Positions 52,157 through 62,046 of a stretch of 64,000 bases of DNA are shown in pieces. The stretch spans positions 44,945 through 108,944 of the forward strand of contig CAVZJV010000001.1 in NCBI GenBank assembly GCA_963775685.1, written 5' to 3'. The notes beneath the pieces were generated by a model. That model was not told the DNA's origin and made no database searches. It saw only the letters and a program-made list of their open reading frames with translations. A program made the translations under genes and the position numbers. The stretch's first letter is position 1. Every line of letters starts with the position of its first letter. The stretch is from Candidatus Bathyarchaeota archaeon. GTDB lineage: Archaea; Thermoproteota; Bathyarchaeia; Bathyarchaeales; Bathycorpusculaceae.

Positions 52157-52866
52157 AATTCTTCCAATGCAAACTTCATTGTCTTAATCTCTGAACCAAA
52201 CACTGTCTTATCTATAAACCACTCCTCGTTTTTCATTCTAAGATTGTCAAGTGTAAAAAGTTTCTTATAAGAGACAAATTTCAAGAAAATCCCAGGTAGT
52301 TCTAATTCCTCTTTTCAAATTAATAATTTTCGGGTGTTGCAATCTTGATGTAACCTAAAGATGATTTCGCGCAAATAAGTGCATTATAGAACAATTATTC
52401 CCGTTTGCCGTTTGTTTGCTCAAACTTCATCTGAATGCTTGCACCAGTTGTACTTAGTGAAGGAAGGAGCTTACCGATGGCACTATGGGTCGTCCAATTA
52501 AATTTTAATTTAATTCCCTCCTCCTTGGCCACCATATCACCTTCAGCATTAACTGACTATATCCATTTCAATTGAAGGATATTCAAGGCATTAACTATAG
52601 TAAAATCAAGGTAAATTAGGCGTATATCCTAAAAAAAAAGAAAATACTCGACAAAAAGCAGCGATTATACTTGCACAGCTTGTACCACATCTGAGTTTGT
52701 ATGCATCCAATTAATGCAGGATAAACGCTTCATTGATGCATGCGAGCAGTATGGCGCGCTGGTTTGTCCCCTAAATTAAGCTCACGTTCAATGGCTGTGA
52801 CTTCAAAGTCGCACCAACATATTTTCATTAAGCAGCGCAGGCTTTTGAAACAAAGGAGAATCTGGA

Positions 52867-53217
52867 ATGACCACTGATAATAACAAAGTCATCGCACGCA
52901 AATTCATCAAAGAAGTGTTAGGCAAAGGCAATATTGACCTTATCGACGAATTGCTTGCACCGGACTATGTGAATCCGAGTATGGGCGTAACCAACCGCAT
53001 TGGCTTCAAAGCTGTGGTTTCTGGCCTGAAGGTTTCTTTGCCGGCACGCGATTTTGAAATCTCAGACCTGGTAGCCGAAGGCGATTCAGTCGTTTTTCGG
53101 GGCAACATGAACGTCACCCTCGCCAACGGAAAAAAGGTCTCTGCCCGAGTAATCACCTATTACCGTCTCGCCAACGAAAAGATCGTGGAAGATGAACTGA
53201 TAAGCATACGCCTCTGA
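52867..53217 (+). CDS. SnoaL-like ester cyclase / NTF2-fold protein
   Basis: NKVIARKFI..GNIDLIDELLAPDYV, LVAEGD and KIVED motifs. Confidence 0.85.
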   Translation: MTTDNNKVIARKFIKEVLGKGNIDLIDELLAPDYVNPSMGVTNRIGFKAVVSGLKVSLPARDFEISDLVAEGDSVVFRGNMNVTLANGKKVSARVITYYRLANEKIVEDELISIRL

Positions 53218-53289
53218 CCGAATTGTTAAGTAGCATGATGCCGCCAAAGTAGCGCGTGCCAGTATTATAAGAACCTCATATCTTGGCAA

Positions 53290-53425
53290 TCTACAGATTC
53301 CTTAAGACACATTACGGTCTAGCCCTCTGATAAGGTTAGAGGCTTACGCGACGTAGCTTCGTATGCACTCTTCAGCATTCTGTGCTTGGCTCTTAACCGA
53401 GCGGCAGCAGAAAACATGGCAATAG
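53290..53425 (+). pseudogene. C-terminal remnant of a DDE (IS4/IS5-like) transposase
   Basis: FLKTHYGL, then KVRGLRDVASYALFSILCLALNRAAAENM. Confidence 0.45.
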
Positions 53426-53556
53426 ATTACGAATTTTAATTGCAGGAATCTAAAAATGACGTATTAATTATGACTTTCAAACACGACAAGCTTATACTTG
53501 TCTTAATGCAAACTAGATAGTGATAGAGTACTATTTTTCTTAGGAGGTGAAAGATA

Positions 53557-53973
53557 ATGGGTGGAATTTGTGATACTGCAGTTGCTGCTGGCAATTTCAA
53601 GACGCTAGTAGCAGCTACTCAAGCCGCTGGACTAGTCGAAACCTTAAACACTAAAGGTCCGTACACTGTTTTTGCTCCTACTGACGCTGCATTTGCGAAA
53701 CTACCACCGGGAACTGTAGAAGGTCTTCTAAAAGACATCCCAAAACTGACGGCAATTCTAACATACCACGTGATTGATGCAGCTGTACCAGCATCTGATG
53801 TGGTTCAACATAAGAATTTAACAACTCTTCAAGGACAAGACCTCAAAGTTGATGCAGCAAAATGGCATCTTCATAAGTCTGTCAAAATTAATGATGCAAA
53901 CATAATTACAGCTGATGTTAAAGCAGATAATGGCGTAATTCACATAATCGACAAAGTGCTCATTCCAAAGTAG
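53557..53973 (+). CDS. fasciclin (FAS1) domain protein
   Basis: GPYTVFAPTDAAF, ILTYHV and NGVIHIIDKVL motifs. Confidence 0.93.
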   Translation: MGGICDTAVAAGNFKTLVAATQAAGLVETLNTKGPYTVFAPTDAAFAKLPPGTVEGLLKDIPKLTAILTYHVIDAAVPASDVVQHKNLTTLQGQDLKVDAAKWHLHKSVKINDANIITADVKADNGVIHIIDKVLIPK

Positions 53974-54031
53974 AGCAAAACAAAAATACCTTCTTTTTTT
54001 CTTATTATTTTGTTTAATGATGACTATTTGA

Positions 54032-54748
54032 GTGGAAGACATCGTAGTTATCGATAATCTGCATAAAACTTATAAAAAAACGTAATTGCTGTAGATGGCA
54101 TATCATTTACAGTTAAGAAAGGAGAGATCTTCGGTTTCTTGGGCCCAAACGGGGCGGGCAAAAGCACAACAATAAAAATTCTCACAACATTGCTGGAAAA
54201 AACCTCTGAAAAACGCCACAATCGATAAACTAGACATCGATGCTGACCAAGCAAAAGTGAAACGAATAATCGGCTACTCCTCACAGAAAGTAGGCGTAGA
54301 TGAAGACCTCACCGCCCGCGAGAACCTTATGCTCCAATGCAGATTTCACCATATTCCAAAGGAAAAAGCAAAAACCAATGTAAACGAGCTCCTCCAAACT
54401 ATTCGCCTCTCTGAGGCCGCCGATAGACGATTGAAAACATTTTCGGGAGGAATGAGAAAACACTAGACGTAGCTCATCGCTATTTTCAGATCCAAAAATT
54501 CTGTTCTGGATGAGCCCACAACGGGGCTAGATCCTCAGAGCAGGCAAGACATCTGGGATACATAATCAAACTCAACCGTTAAGGCACGACAATATTTCTA
54601 ACCACACAATACATGGAAGAAGCAGATCGCTTAGCCAACAGATTATGCATGTAGATCAAGGAAAAATCGTAGCCGAAGGGACACCCGCCGAACTCAAGGC
54701 AAAGGCTGGAGCAGACAAGATCACTCTGCGATTCAAAATAGATTCATA
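54032..54748 (+). pseudogene. DrrA-like ABC transporter ATP-binding subunit, multiply frameshifted
   Basis: [29 protein letters not shown] and TTQYMEEAD in different frames. Confidence 0.8.
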
Positions 54749-55077
54749 ATTATTAATTTAACAGCCTTGAGGTTGGTCATATCTTTTTTTATTATGTCGT
54801 GTTTACAATAGGTGTAAATTGATTTTTCATTGAATGCGTCCACTACAACTCTATGATAGCGGTATCTCAAGACGCTTCGATTGCTTGAAGCTTGCTAAAA
54901 CCAAACAAGAAGACTTAATAGCGAATATATCCCTAACGAAACTCTCTTCAACTTGAGGATCCAGCGTTGTAAAAGGCATTTTCTTATCATCAAGAAATGC
55001 AACAGTATCTTTGCCGATAAAAATATAAAAAAGAGACCTAGGACATAAATAAAAAATAGATTGGTGTGAAATAAAAC

Positions 55078-55272
55078 TTGCAAGTCTTTGGAATTAGGGA
55101 AAAGCCAACGAAATATTACTGTTGTGATTGCAAGAAAAAGTTAAAAGCTCGCGCAAAGACGCCTGAGTGGAGAAAAATTCCAGCAGACCAGAAAAGATGT
55201 AGAAGCTGTTCTGCAAGACATAGAGGCTTGTTAAAATGGAAAAAACAATCACTCGTTAGTACACCTCCTTAA
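55078..55272 (+). CDS. small Zn-ribbon protein
   Basis: CCDC...RCRSC. Confidence 0.4.
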   Translation: MQVFGIREKPTKYYCCDCKKKLKARAKTPEWRKIPADQKRCRSCSARHRGLLKWKKQSLVSTPP

Positions 55273-55413
55273 AGGGCACCCTCCTCACATCTAAAGACCC
55301 TGTCATTGCACAGCACATGCAATTACCAAAAGGAAATTAACCTCAAAAATAGCAGAGACCAAAAGTAAGTTATTTTATGCAAAAACTTAGTCCGGGGGTG
55401 CATTAGGGACATT

Positions 55414-55650
55414 TTAACTTATTTTTTTAATCAAAATCCGAAGGATATTGCCCTCTTTAGAAATAGAAACCAACTCTTGTCCTGTGTACTTTACAAGGCT
55501 ATTGATGTCTGCTTCTGCAGCAGGATCATCAGCAACAACCTCCAAAATCTGACCTATCTCCATTTCATCAAGTGCTAATCTAGTTCTGAAGACTGGTTCG
55601 GGACAATATAATCCCAAGGTATCGAGTTTTTTATAGATCTTAGCAGCCAC
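55414..55650 (-). CDS. tusA: TusA/SirA sulfur carrier
   Basis: LDTLGLYCPEP, VADDPAAEADI. Confidence 0.9.
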   Translation of the reverse strand: MAAKIYKKLDTLGLYCPEPVFRTRLALDEMEIGQILEVVADDPAAEADINSLVKYTGQELVSISKEGNILRILIKKIS

Positions 55651-55694
55651 AACTTCCTCTCCGAATCATTTCTATTTTAAGATGTTGTGGTAGT

Positions 55695-56066
55695 TTAGAA
55701 CCACATTGTGGCATTTGCAGTTAGGGCTAAGTCATTTAAAGTTGCCGTGCCTACGATTTTGACTCCTGGTATTAAGGTTACTTTATCCCATCCGAGCATT
55801 TGTTTGGAAGCTTCACAGACATCAATTTCGATTCCCATTTGCATGGTTTTTTGCAACATTTCCGCAACACTGGGGAAGGTACCAAGCTTTATTTTTTCGG
55901 CTGCGCCCGGAAGAAGGATCCTAAGACCTTGCCCTAGAAAATAAACTCTTGGGTTTAGACCCATAGCTTTCGCTGTTTGTGCCAAAACTAGCGGAGAGTA
56001 TTGTCTTTCAGGATTATCACTTGTTTGCACATACAAAACAAATTTTTCATCTTTCAAAAAAATCAC
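55695..56066 (-). CDS. DsrE-family sulfur relay protein
   Basis: VYFLGQG, DVCEAS, GTATL; next to tusA. Confidence 0.8.
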   Translation of the reverse strand: MIFLKDEKFVLYVQTSDNPERQYSPLVLAQTAKAMGLNPRVYFLGQGLRILLPGAAEKIKLGTFPSVAEMLQKTMQMGIEIDVCEASKQMLGWDKVTLIPGVKIVGTATLNDLALTANATMWF

Positions 56067-56407
56067 CTGTACACATTATATTTTCTACGGTCTCCCTTAA
56101 TAAGTATAACGGTGTTATGAACATGTTTGAATCTTTACCATAATTAAACATCTAATTGAAGTGCTTCTTCACTAGCACGTTAGAAGGTATGACAAAAGGC
56201 ATCCGATTATGAAATAGTCTTTTCCTGTTTCGTCGAGTCTGGCAGGCTGAGTGACAAACTGATATTACAGCGGTTAAGAAAGAGAAAGACTGAAGGCTAA
56301 AAGCGGTAGTGGCGAAACGACATTTTAGAACAGATGAATTGTTACCGAAAGTAATAATGGCAAGAATTAAATGCGCTCTAACAAAATACTTTATGAGAGG
56401 CGCTTTA

Positions 56408-56452
56408 ATGCTTGAAAAAGATATAGAAAATCTACTTGCAAAATATCCACTG
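56408..56452 (+). pseudogene. N-terminal remnant of a NucS/DUF91-like endonuclease
   Basis: MLEKDIENLLAKYP. Confidence 0.35.
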
Positions 56453-56459
56453 CTTAAGA

Positions 56460-56695
56460 AGGGATTTTAATGGTGACTTCGAGAAGGTCTTCAACTTGTC
56501 ACTCTTTTGCTGAGTCTACGTTTTTGATGCCTTCTATTTTAGTAGCAATTAATTCACCTGGCGTCTTTTGAACCGTATCACAATAAGTTTTAAGGTATCG
56601 AGTGAATAGCCTTTTGGTGCGTGGTGAACCTAATTTGTTCAGCCGCCTCTACCAGAGGTGTAACAAGTAATCCAAGAGTCCTGTTCTTCTGTCAT
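56460..56695 (-). pseudogene. N-terminal remnant of an archaeal tyrosine recombinase/integrase
   Basis: RLNKLGSPRTKRLFTRYLKTYCDTVQKTPGELIATKIEGIKNVDSAKE*QVEDLLE resembles a SAM-like core-binding domain. Confidence 0.45.
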
Positions 56696-57012
56696 GCGAC
56701 TCAAAGGTCAATCCCCCTTTAAGAGGTTTTAAAAATTATGGCTTGTTGATAATTAGACCATATCCCAGCTGGGGTAATTCTTAATTAGACTCGAAAATTC
56801 CCTGATAATTATTAACTCAGATGTGTTCAATATCCTGGGCACAAATATGTTCTGCATCGATGTTATCGACTAATTAAAGTGCCCAAAAAAGCCCATGTGC
56901 TTGAGAAATTAAGATGACTTCAGCTAATAAGACGGGGTATAAATAATACACTAAGTAAATAAAACTAGGTAACTAAGTTCTTAACTATGAAATCTATTGA
57001 TAGGTGAACAAC

Positions 57013-57416
57013 ATGGCAAAGAGTAGTGAGAAGAAAGATGAGTCTGCTTCACAGCTTACCGACGGGAGAATTCATCAATATGCGACTGGCGCGGAGAAAC
57101 GTTAGCTAAAGTACGCCATCTAATCAAGGAGGCAGACCCGGAAATAGTTGAAGAGTGGAAGTGGGTGAAGCCAACAAATCCCGGGACTCCAGTCTGGTCC
57201 CACAACGGCGGCATCTGCACAGGAGAGACCTACAAGAGGGCGGTCAAGCTTACTTTCTTTAAGGGTGCTTCACTAGATAACCCCTCTCACCTGTTCAACC
57301 AGCCGGGAACCGTTAGGCGCGCCATAGACATACATGAAGGAGAAAAGATTAACGAGGAAGCCTTCAAGACCCTAATTCGTGCCGCTGTGAAACTGAATAC
57401 ATCCAAGTCCCGATAG
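57013..57416 (+). pseudogene. DUF1801 (YdhG-like) protein, frameshifted
   Basis: DWRGETLAKVRHLIKEADPEIVEEWKW..PVWSHNGGICTGETYK..KLTFFKGASL. Confidence 0.85.
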
Positions 57417-57539
57417 TGCAACACTTCAGGTTGCCGATTTCGTCATTACTCTTTGTTAGAGCTTGTATCATAATTATCAAGGGAATTCCCAACATAATTC
57501 TTAATTCCTTCGAAATAAAGCTCGGGCATAATTGTTTGC

Positions 57540-57752
57540 CTAGAATTTTCTTTGTGAATGCCTAGTTTCTCTGTTGTTTGGTCGAGAAAACATTCGAGTA
57601 TCAACTAATTCATTGTCTCTATGAAAATTGTTCTTAGCAAATTCTCGTTTTTCAAGTCCACACACGCAACAAAAGAAACCGCCTTGTGCACCCCTAAGTA
57701 TTGCACCGCCACATCGGGAACATCTATCAGCATTACTCTTGCTATACGACAT
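57540..57752 (-). CDS. small Zn-ribbon protein
   Basis: CSRCGG...FCCVCG. Confidence 0.45.
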   Translation of the reverse strand: MSYSKSNADRCSRCGGAILRGAQGGFFCCVCGLEKREFAKNNFHRDNELVDTRMFSRPNNRETRHSQRKF

Positions 57753-57970
57753 TTAGATCTATAGCCACATAGTTTAGAAGCCATATTTAATTATTCGCAT
57801 CCCTCAAAAGCCACAGCCATCGCAACCCATTGAGAATTCATCCTCACTTAACTCTTGAAAGTTACATTTGAGTAAAAATCTTTACTCATTTCAGCGTCAT
57901 TTTAAACTTAATTCTGGTCGCCGCAATTAACCGAAATTTTTTGGTTTTTAGTCTGATTGGAGGATTTAAA

Positions 57971-58050
57971 TTGAACGGAGAAAAAAAGCGAATTCTTGTA
58001 GTAGATGACGAAGTGAATGTTTTAAATCGACACATAAAAAGATGTAACTA
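57971..58050 (+). pseudogene. response-regulator receiver N-terminal remnant
   Basis: KKRILVVDDE after a GGAGG SD. Confidence 0.5.
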
Positions 58051-58387
58051 AAATTTTTCAGCTAAATTTTTTAACAGAGCCATAGCTTCTTCTCTATTAA
58101 ATCAGTTCCCTGCTACAATTTTTGTTGTATAATGCTTTAGCACTTCTAAGGATTTTTCATTTTTTACTTTTGGGTTATTATAGCGTTTGGGCAAATAGTG
58201 CGCTATTGCTTTTTTCTGCGGAGATCTAACAGTTTACTATTGGTAGGTTCTGATGGCTCTTTTTTATGGTAGCGTGCGCTAAATTTTTGCCATCAAAGCG
58301 ACAAAGCCATTGACTTTTTGCAAAAGCTTATATCTACTTTTTCAATTAAATGTTGAATAACAAACAAACGCAAAAATTCGTGATTTT

Positions 58388-59152
58388 ATGAATAAAATGA
58401 AGAACATATTTCTTGCTATGCTTTTAACATCAGCAATTTTACTAGCAGGCATAAATCTTAGCTCCGTAACAGCACAAACAACAAATTCCACTTACGCCTA
58501 TGATTCAATTGGCGGAACAATTGCAGCAAACGGAAACGCAGTAACCGGCGGAACCTCCATTACCACCAACACCAACGAAAATGCTGAATTCACAGCTACC
58601 GCTCAATCTGGCTTTGAATTTCTAGCTTGGGAATACGCTACTGCCGCAGGGGGTTGCACAGTTACTGATAACCCAGCATCGATAAACATTACCGTAGACG
58701 GCGCAATACAGGCGCTCTTCATACCAACAACGAACACAACTGCGACATCTAGTCAAACTGGGGCAGCCACTGTCATTATCTACAATTCAATAGGTGGAGA
58801 AACTACTCCAGCGGGCACAGCACCTCCAGCAACATACACTAATTACAATATCGGTGATGTTGTTACGTTTACAACGACCCCTGGTGCCGACTTTAAATTC
58901 CTCTACTGGATAGTTGCCACCTCAACAACCAACTACTACACCTCTAGCACTCTGGACCTACCCATAACGGAAAACACAGTTGTAATGCAAGCAATTTTCA
59001 TCCCAACTGACAGCAGCGTAACACTGCCCGGCCAACCTATGCCTACACCTACAGTGCCAGAATTTTCTGGTATTGCAGCCGCAGCAATCGCAGTGGCATT
59101 AGTCGCAGTTGCAGTCGGAACATACACATTCAGCAAGAAAGCTAAAAAATAA
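58388..59152 (+). CDS. surface protein with two InlB-B-repeat-like domains and PEF-CTERM tail
   Basis: signal peptide; SIGG..F.FL.W..QA.FIPT occurs twice; ends PTVPEFSG-TM-KKAKK. Confidence 0.75.
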   Translation: MNKMKNIFLAMLLTSAILLAGINLSSVTAQTTNSTYAYDSIGGTIAANGNAVTGGTSITTNTNENAEFTATAQSGFEFLAWEYATAAGGCTVTDNPASINITVDGAIQALFIPTTNTTATSSQTGAATVIIYNSIGGETTPAGTAPPATYTNYNIGDVVTFTTTPGADFKFLYWIVATSTTNYYTSSTLDLPITENTVVMQAIFIPTDSSVTLPGQPMPTPTVPEFSGIAAAAIAVALVAVAVGTYTFSKKAKK

Positions 59153-59469
59153 ATTCTCTTTTTTTTATGTTTTTAATTTATGTTTTGGCTTTGATTTTAA
59201 CTAATTAAATTTCTTTTTGTTTGCTTCTGCGCATTTAGGGCTGAGGACAAAACGTCCAAAGCATTGAGGGAGAACGATTTTGTTTAAATCTTGTCTATTG
59301 GAAGCACAAGCAATACATGACCTCACAGAACTTGAGAAATAGAGTCTTACCGGTTAATGGCAATGTTAACACCATAATAATAATTTAGGAATTCATCCTT
59401 CAAATAAGTGGAGATAATTCCAGAATTGCCTTACTCTAATAAAAAAGCTATCCTTAGAGACAAAATCAC

Positions 59470-60274
59470 TTAGTCTAAAGTAATCAATAGTGTTTGGATA
59501 GGACTTATCAATCGTTCTCGCATTCTGTTCTGCAAATCGTATTGTCTCGATTGCCTTGTTTTGCTCGCCATTAGTTGTTGTATCTGATGCTCTGACAGTT
59601 CTGCGTACGCTAAAAAACTCTCTACAGAAAGAGCGAAACAGAGTGTGTGTAGGATTTCTGTGGTAATAATAGCGAGGCAATGTTTGGCTGGTTTTGTCGC
59701 CCTTATTTCAGCAAACAATCGGCTTAATTGGGCTCGTGAGCTTGGACCGTAAAGTTTAGATTTAATTTGAATCCATTTTTCTACATCAAAAAATAACAAA
59801 AGTTTGTTAACGTAATAATCATTATAATAGATACTCAGTTGCTCAGAAACTTTAGAAGAGAAATGGGAATCAACATGTTTACTATAATCATTACAGAAAC
59901 TAAGAAATTGGTCGCTTTGAGTAAAATCGACTGCTGCATAATCTAACAAATGACAAAACGCTTCTAAGATAATAAACTCGCAATTCTCCTTTGTTTTATT
60001 CATCAGGTCATCGGTGTTAATCGCTATAGCGCCTCTATTTTGTTTGGAGGCGTATGCATGAGCTTGAAGCGGTAACTTGCGTATAAGTTTCCACCGATTG
60101 CTTGCGTGATTTGTTTTTGAAAAACCTCAAGCATCGAAAAGTATTAGCAACAAATACAATTCTAAGAGTACGGTAATCTTGTGCAACTTGTGTTTTTGTA
60201 ATCAAGTTGTCGCAAATTATTTTGTAGCGGCTAACATCATTTTTTGTTATCGTCATATATAGAGTTTCCATCAT
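59470..60274 (-). pseudogene. hypothetical gene, probably one frameshifted ORF
   Basis: ORFs 60035-60274 and 59470-60003 are co-linear and can be joined by one frameshift. Confidence 0.35.
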
Positions 60275-60795
60275 ATCACTCGCTTAGTTATTGATCGACA
60301 ATAGTTTGGATAGGTATCACTCTCAATTTATATTGTCTTTGAATGTCAACGCCTATAGGTAACGCCTAGGGGCAAATCGAAGTTGGAATTTAGAAGCAGA
60401 GGACACTGAAATTTAAAAGAATACGCGTTTAGTCTGAAATTATTTTGTTCTTATACATTATGCATATCTGCCAGTATGGATCTTCAAAACCAACAAACTA
60501 TTCAAAACTGACGAAAAGTGCCACTCTCAAAAGAGAAGCTGCTGATGCTGCTGCAAATGAATTTTGCACAATTGCTGTTGTATATTTCAAGATTTACCCA
60601 AATTACAATATTTGGTTTGAGCCTGAGAAGTTGTTTTTGTTGTACTTAATTTCCGCACACCGGCTGCAACAACTATCAATCAAAAGTTAAACCGGCCAAA
60701 ATCTGCACTAAGTGCTCACATATGTTTGTGGTGCCTTTTTTTCAAAATAGCATAGGGCTTTTATAATCATTGTAGAGATTGTAGGTGACCCTAAA

Positions 60796-62046
60796 TTGCC
60801 AATTTCGTATTTGTGCCGGAAATGCGGTAAAGATTACTCGAAAGAAGAGTATGCACAAAACAGATTCTGCTTGTCATGCGGTTCTTTTCTTTTGCTCAAT
60901 TTTAGAGTACAAGATCAGGGTTCAACGTCTGGAACGGTGGCAGTTAAAGTTGATGATTCTTTCAAGGAAAAATCCGCATTGAGTAGGGCTGCTGAGAGTC
61001 TTAGGCAGAGGGTGGCTGATTCAAAAGAGTATGAGGTCGTATCTGAAGCCGCCAAAAAGGAGCTTAAGAAACCGGTTTTTGAGAGTTGGGTGTGGAGTGC
61101 CGAATACAACGATGCCCTGTACCTCGAAGGCGAACTGATCAAGCAATACCAGGACAGGAGTCTTGAAGACGCGATACCTGGCAAAGTTGTTTCAAATGAA
61201 CAGGGCGAATGCTACTCAATCTCAACTTCTGGCACATCCAACTTCAAACTGGCACCTTACCAGGAAAGCAGGCAACACGTCATATCCGACTTAAAAGTCC
61301 TATCAGGAATTGGACCGGTGGGTGAACAAGCACTAAAGCGCCTGGGCTACAAGACAGTTGAAGACCTAAAGCGTCATTCACGATGGAAAAAACAAGCCGT
61401 CGACTACATGAAAATAGTCGATAACAGAGAAGTGGACTCGATACAGAAATGGCTCTGGCAACGCCTTCCAAAATCCCACCCTCTCCTCCACTATTTGGCA
61501 GGGTTCTGCCAAGACCAAAACTTCGCCATAATAGACATCGAAACCATGGGACTGTCAGAAAGACCCATCATACTTTTAGGAATAGCAAAACCAACAAAGA
61601 CCCACATTTGCACAAGCCAATTCCTGTTAAGGGATATCCAAGATGAACCAAGCGCGATTTGGGCCTTAATCCAACAGGTCGAACCTAACTCGTCATTCAT
61701 AACCTTCAACGGCAGAAGCTTTGATATCCCATACATCAAACAAAGACTGGCCTACTATGGATTAGATGCACCCTTGGACAATACACACTTTGACATACTA
61801 CATTTTACTAGACGCGCCCTACGCCACAAACTATCCGACTGCAGATTAGACACCGTTGAGACATACATCGGCGTCAAAAGAGACGTAAATATACCAGGAT
61901 CATTAGTTCCCCACTTCTACGAAACCTACCTAAAAACCAAAAATGTTGGACCTCTCGTGCCCATAGTTGAACACAACAAACAAGACCTATTAACACTGGG
62001 AAGCCTGTTCTCGAGGCTCTATGAGGAATGGCACCTTGATAGATGA
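60796..62046 (+). CDS. YprB/MrfB-like DEDD exonuclease with N-terminal Zn ribbon and HhH motif
   Basis: CRKC..CLSC, GIGP (HhH), IDIETMGL, TFNGRSFDIP, HFDILH and EHNKQDL motifs. Confidence 0.85.
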   Translation: MPISYLCRKCGKDYSKEEYAQNRFCLSCGSFLLLNFRVQDQGSTSGTVAVKVDDSFKEKSALSRAAESLRQRVADSKEYEVVSEAAKKELKKPVFESWVWSAEYNDALYLEGELIKQYQDRSLEDAIPGKVVSNEQGECYSISTSGTSNFKLAPYQESRQHVISDLKVLSGIGPVGEQALKRLGYKTVEDLKRHSRWKKQAVDYMKIVDNREVDSIQKWLWQRLPKSHPLLHYLAGFCQDQNFAIIDIETMGLSERPIILLGIAKPTKTHICTSQFLLRDIQDEPSAIWALIQQVEPNSSFITFNGRSFDIPYIKQRLAYYGLDAPLDNTHFDILHFTRRALRHKLSDCRLDTVETYIGVKRDVNIPGSLVPHFYETYLKTKNVGPLVPIVEHNKQDLLTLGSLFSRLYEEWHLDR

